Source: Protoeuglena noctilucae (lineage: Eukaryota). From it: a stretch of 64,000 nt of DNA. Both the position numbers and the translations under genes were made by a program. Location of the stretch: contig OY253673.1 of the NCBI GenBank assembly GCA_958009085.1, positions 186,001 through 250,000 on the forward strand, given 5' to 3'. This document shows, piece after piece, positions 62,381 to 64,000 of the stretch (its first letter is position 1; the number at the start of each line of letters is the position of its first letter). The notes beneath the pieces are model-generated. The model saw only the letters and a list, made by a program, of their open reading frames with translations. It was not told the origin of the DNA and did no database searches.

Positions 62381-64000
62381 ATGCAGGGGACGGAGCCGAT
62401 GGCCATGCTCTGTGCGGGACCGATCGTGTGTGGGCATGCCTCGCCGAGGAGGGGCGCCGGCGCGCATGGCGCGACGCGCGCGTGTCGGAATTGTGACGTG
62501 GCTATCGTCGGGGCGGGACCTGCGGGACTTAGCGCGGCCATCGCGATCCGACAGGCCCTCCCTGGGGTCAGCGTGGAGGTGTTTGAGAAGGCGGCCAGGT
62601 TTCAGCCGGCAGGTGAGGCCGCCGCGGCGCGGACCATCCCCGCGTCCTCATCCGTCGATTTGGCATCGTGGGGGCCTCGAACGGCCGGCCCGATCACACC
62701 GACATGCGCGCGCGGGGCCAGGCGTCGCAACGGATGAGTTTGGGGGTCGCGCGTGCGCGAATCGCGCGGGATGCTGCCTTGCGGGGTCTCCATCGCGTGC
62801 ACGTTTGCATCACTGACCGCGGCGCCCGGCAGCAGCGAGCGCGCCCAACGGGTGGTGCCGACCGAGGCCGGGGGCACCGCGCAACGTGACTCTCGCGCGG
62901 TGGACTCGCGCGCGCAGGGTCGGTGATCAATTTGGGGGTGAACGCGATGAAGGTGTATCGGGCGATGGATCCCTCCGGTGGCCTCTACGAGAAGCTCGTC
63001 GCGGCCAAGGCGCCATCGACCTTTGCGGCCGTGTGGACGCTCGAGGGGCACGAGGCGCGCCGGCTGTGGCTGGAGGAGCTCGACCAGGCCAACGTGGCGC
63101 AATACGGACTGACGAGCCAACGCATGGCGTGGTTCGACTTCCAGACGGCCCTCCGCTCGCACCTCCCGGACGACTGCGTGCACGTCGACCACGCCTTCCA
63201 TCGCTTCTCCGAGGACGACGAGGGCGTGCTCGTCACCTTCAACGACGGGTCAGCGGCGGTGCGATGCAAGCTCCTCATCGGCGCGGACGGGGTCAACAGC
63301 CAAGTCCGCCGGCAGCTTGCGGAGGGCAGGTGCGAGGCACGCGTCGGCGGACCCACCATGCAGGGGCCTGCCATCCGCCGCCGCGCTGTCTCCAACCTTG
63401 TCGTCGACCCGCTTTGCGACGCAGCCAGCAACTCGAGTGCACGCGCCGCGTGCTGGCCCGGGCGGCGTGTTCTTTGGAGAACTGGCACGGCCCCAAGGAC
63501 GCGTTTGCGGGGATCGACAACTTCATCATCTACACCCTGGGGGGCGCCGCGGGGGCGTCCCTCCACTCCCTGTTCCACGGCTTGATTACCTTTAACGCCG
63601 TCTTCCCTCCGGAGTCTCTGGAGCAGGCGGGGGTCTCGGTCCTGTACGACCACACCGACACGACGGTCCGGGCTCACCTCGTGACCAAGGATGGGGCACT
63701 CAACTCGGACGACGGTGAGGACCACGCGATGGCGTCTTCATGTTGCTCCCAACGCTGTTGGTAGACCCAGTTGGCGGCATCGGTTGGCCCCTGTCGATCG
63801 TCTTGTGGTTGCTCCTCAAACGTGCACAGCCCTCGGGACGCGCCGCGGGTGCTCTGTGGTTCGCAGAGGATCCCGAGGTGGGGAAGCAAATCCTTCTCCG
63901 GTTGCTGGCGCCTTTCCACGACAAGGTCAAGGGCATCGTGCAGGGTATGCCCGCTGCCAAGATCGTGCTGCACAACGACTACCTGTGCGTGGACCCGGCG
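62381..64000 (+). CDS. FAD-dependent monooxygenase (class A flavoprotein); runs off the right edge
   Basis: DVAIVGAGPAGLSAA..VFEK and LLIGADGVNSQVR. Confidence 0.9.

Noticed and set aside
1..64000. Hundreds of long overlapping or antisense Arg/Pro/Gly-rich ORFs
   Set aside because: Expected from stop-codon scarcity at high GC and from antisense shadows of real exons.
1..64000. Alternative genetic code (TAA/TAG read as Gln, as in some ulvophytes)
   Set aside because: Conserved genes end normally in TAG (SufC, SmB), TAA (NIPSNAP) and TGA, and no in-frame stops were seen in conserved exons.
1..64000. tRNA, rRNA, CRISPR arrays, transposons or Introner-like repeated introns
   Set aside because: None recognised, and the introns do not share sequence beyond splice signals.

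Overview
This is a GC-rich, intron-rich eukaryotic nuclear window, most likely from a chlorophyte green alga. That call is an inference from nuclear-encoded plastid SufC, RPL18, GatA and ISA2 with transit peptides, and from the standard genetic code. I assembled about 24 spliced genes by hand: ATG7, NIPSNAP, a CNBD-type cation channel, two hypothetical proteins, PABP, FAS1/CAF-1A, FIS1, SufC, ISA2, SmB, a GPI-anchored surface protein, a thylakoid-lumen protein, COX5b, LMBR1, plastid RPL18, GatA, V-ATPase subunit C, an SPX protein, a PPR-like protein, C11orf65/MFI, a GH5 mannanase, OS-9 and an FAD monooxygenase. There is one 200-N gap. Most ORFs in the supplied track are spurious GC-rich or antisense frames. 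Top candidates: (1) a single ~1105-aa SPX-RING-SCP/NIF phosphatase-PHOSPHO/PECP phosphatase fusion with all nine splice phases consistent; (2) a CAF-1 large subunit carrying two atypical N-terminal homeodomains; (3) a GPI-anchored protein with two Ly6/uPAR-like cysteine patterns; (4) a K+ channel-family gene whose filter reads TVGYRD; (5) at least 18 GC-AG introns. All gene models are manual and no database searches were run, so novelty is unverified.
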